DNA of 64,000 nt from Escherichia phage RB69. Below, piece by piece: positions 63,641 to 64,000 of this stretch (its first letter is position 1; each line of letters starts with the position of its first letter). The DNA is taken from sequence record NC_004928.1, one strand, 5' to 3'. Position numbers and translations under genes: made by a program. A model generated the notes under the pieces. That model saw nothing but the letters and a program-made list of their open reading frames with translations. It did no database searches and was not told the DNA's origin.

Positions 63641-64000
63641 TATACACCCGTCTGGTCCCAGGACCCAAATACGTCTTCAAACGAATCCGCTTCTGTTTTA
63701 TCAAAACGGAACCCTTTAATAATTGGAAGGAAAATACCTACAGTACCTTCACGGCCTTTAGAATGAACCCAACCATTACATTCACAATCAGCGATACGTC
63801 CAATCAATTTACCTTCACGAGCTTCGGACATTAATCGTTCACGGTCCAAATCATGACGCTCGTCTAAAGGAATAAGAACCTTTACACCGTCAACTGTTTT
63901 ATGAGTTGTATCTTTAAAACCTGAACCACAATCGGTTGTAATACGACGACAACGTGATACGAGTTCGACACCACCCAATTTGTTAGGGTCTTTAGAGTGT
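63640..64000 (-). CDS. 30: ATP-dependent DNA ligase C-terminal region (partial, 5' end beyond window)
   Basis: C-terminal LPIIKGFRFDKTEADS resembles ligase motif VI (P-R/K-h-x-R-x-D-K); position after alt consistent with T4 gene 30. Confidence 0.55.
   Translation of the reverse strand, partial: HSKDPNKLGGVELVSRCRRITTDCGSGFKDTTHKTVDGVKVLIPLDERHDLDRERLMSEAREGKLIGRIADCECNGWVHSKGREGTVGIFLPIIKGFRFDKTEADSFEDVFGSWDQTGV

Overview
This window is a contiguous piece of a T4-like (Tevenvirinae-type) myovirus genome. Positions 1-16,626 are a minus-strand block: internal-protein genes, denV, lysozyme e, nudE, many small accessory genes behind repeated sigma70-type early promoters, a two-tRNA cluster with an adjacent structured non-coding region, then acb1/57B, 57A and genes 1, 3, 2, 4. 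Positions 16,688-46,916 are the plus-strand late structural block in T4 order: baseplate 53, 5, 5.1, 5.4, 6-12, wac, neck 13-15, terminase 16-17, sheath 18, tube 19, portal 20, 67, 68, 21, 22, 23, 24. The rest holds rnlB, hoc, inh, uvsW, uvsW.1, uvsY, hub genes 25-26-51-27-28-29-48-54, alt and the 3' end of a probable DNA ligase gene. Gene calls rest on the supplied ORF track, remembered T4 protein sequences and synteny; no database search was run, so homolog names carry that limit, and promoter/terminator coordinates are hand-indexed (a few nt uncertainty). No CRISPR array, integrase, transposase, intron or homing endonuclease was recognised. The most interesting material is in the accessory region 1-13,200: at least six genes with T4 internal-protein capsid-targeting N-termini, two small-protein families defined by conserved C-terminal motifs, a possible nucleotidyltransferase-fold protein, a long coiled-coil protein, and a repeated promoter cassette that recurs between genes 23 and 24. 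None of these can be assigned a function from sequence alone.
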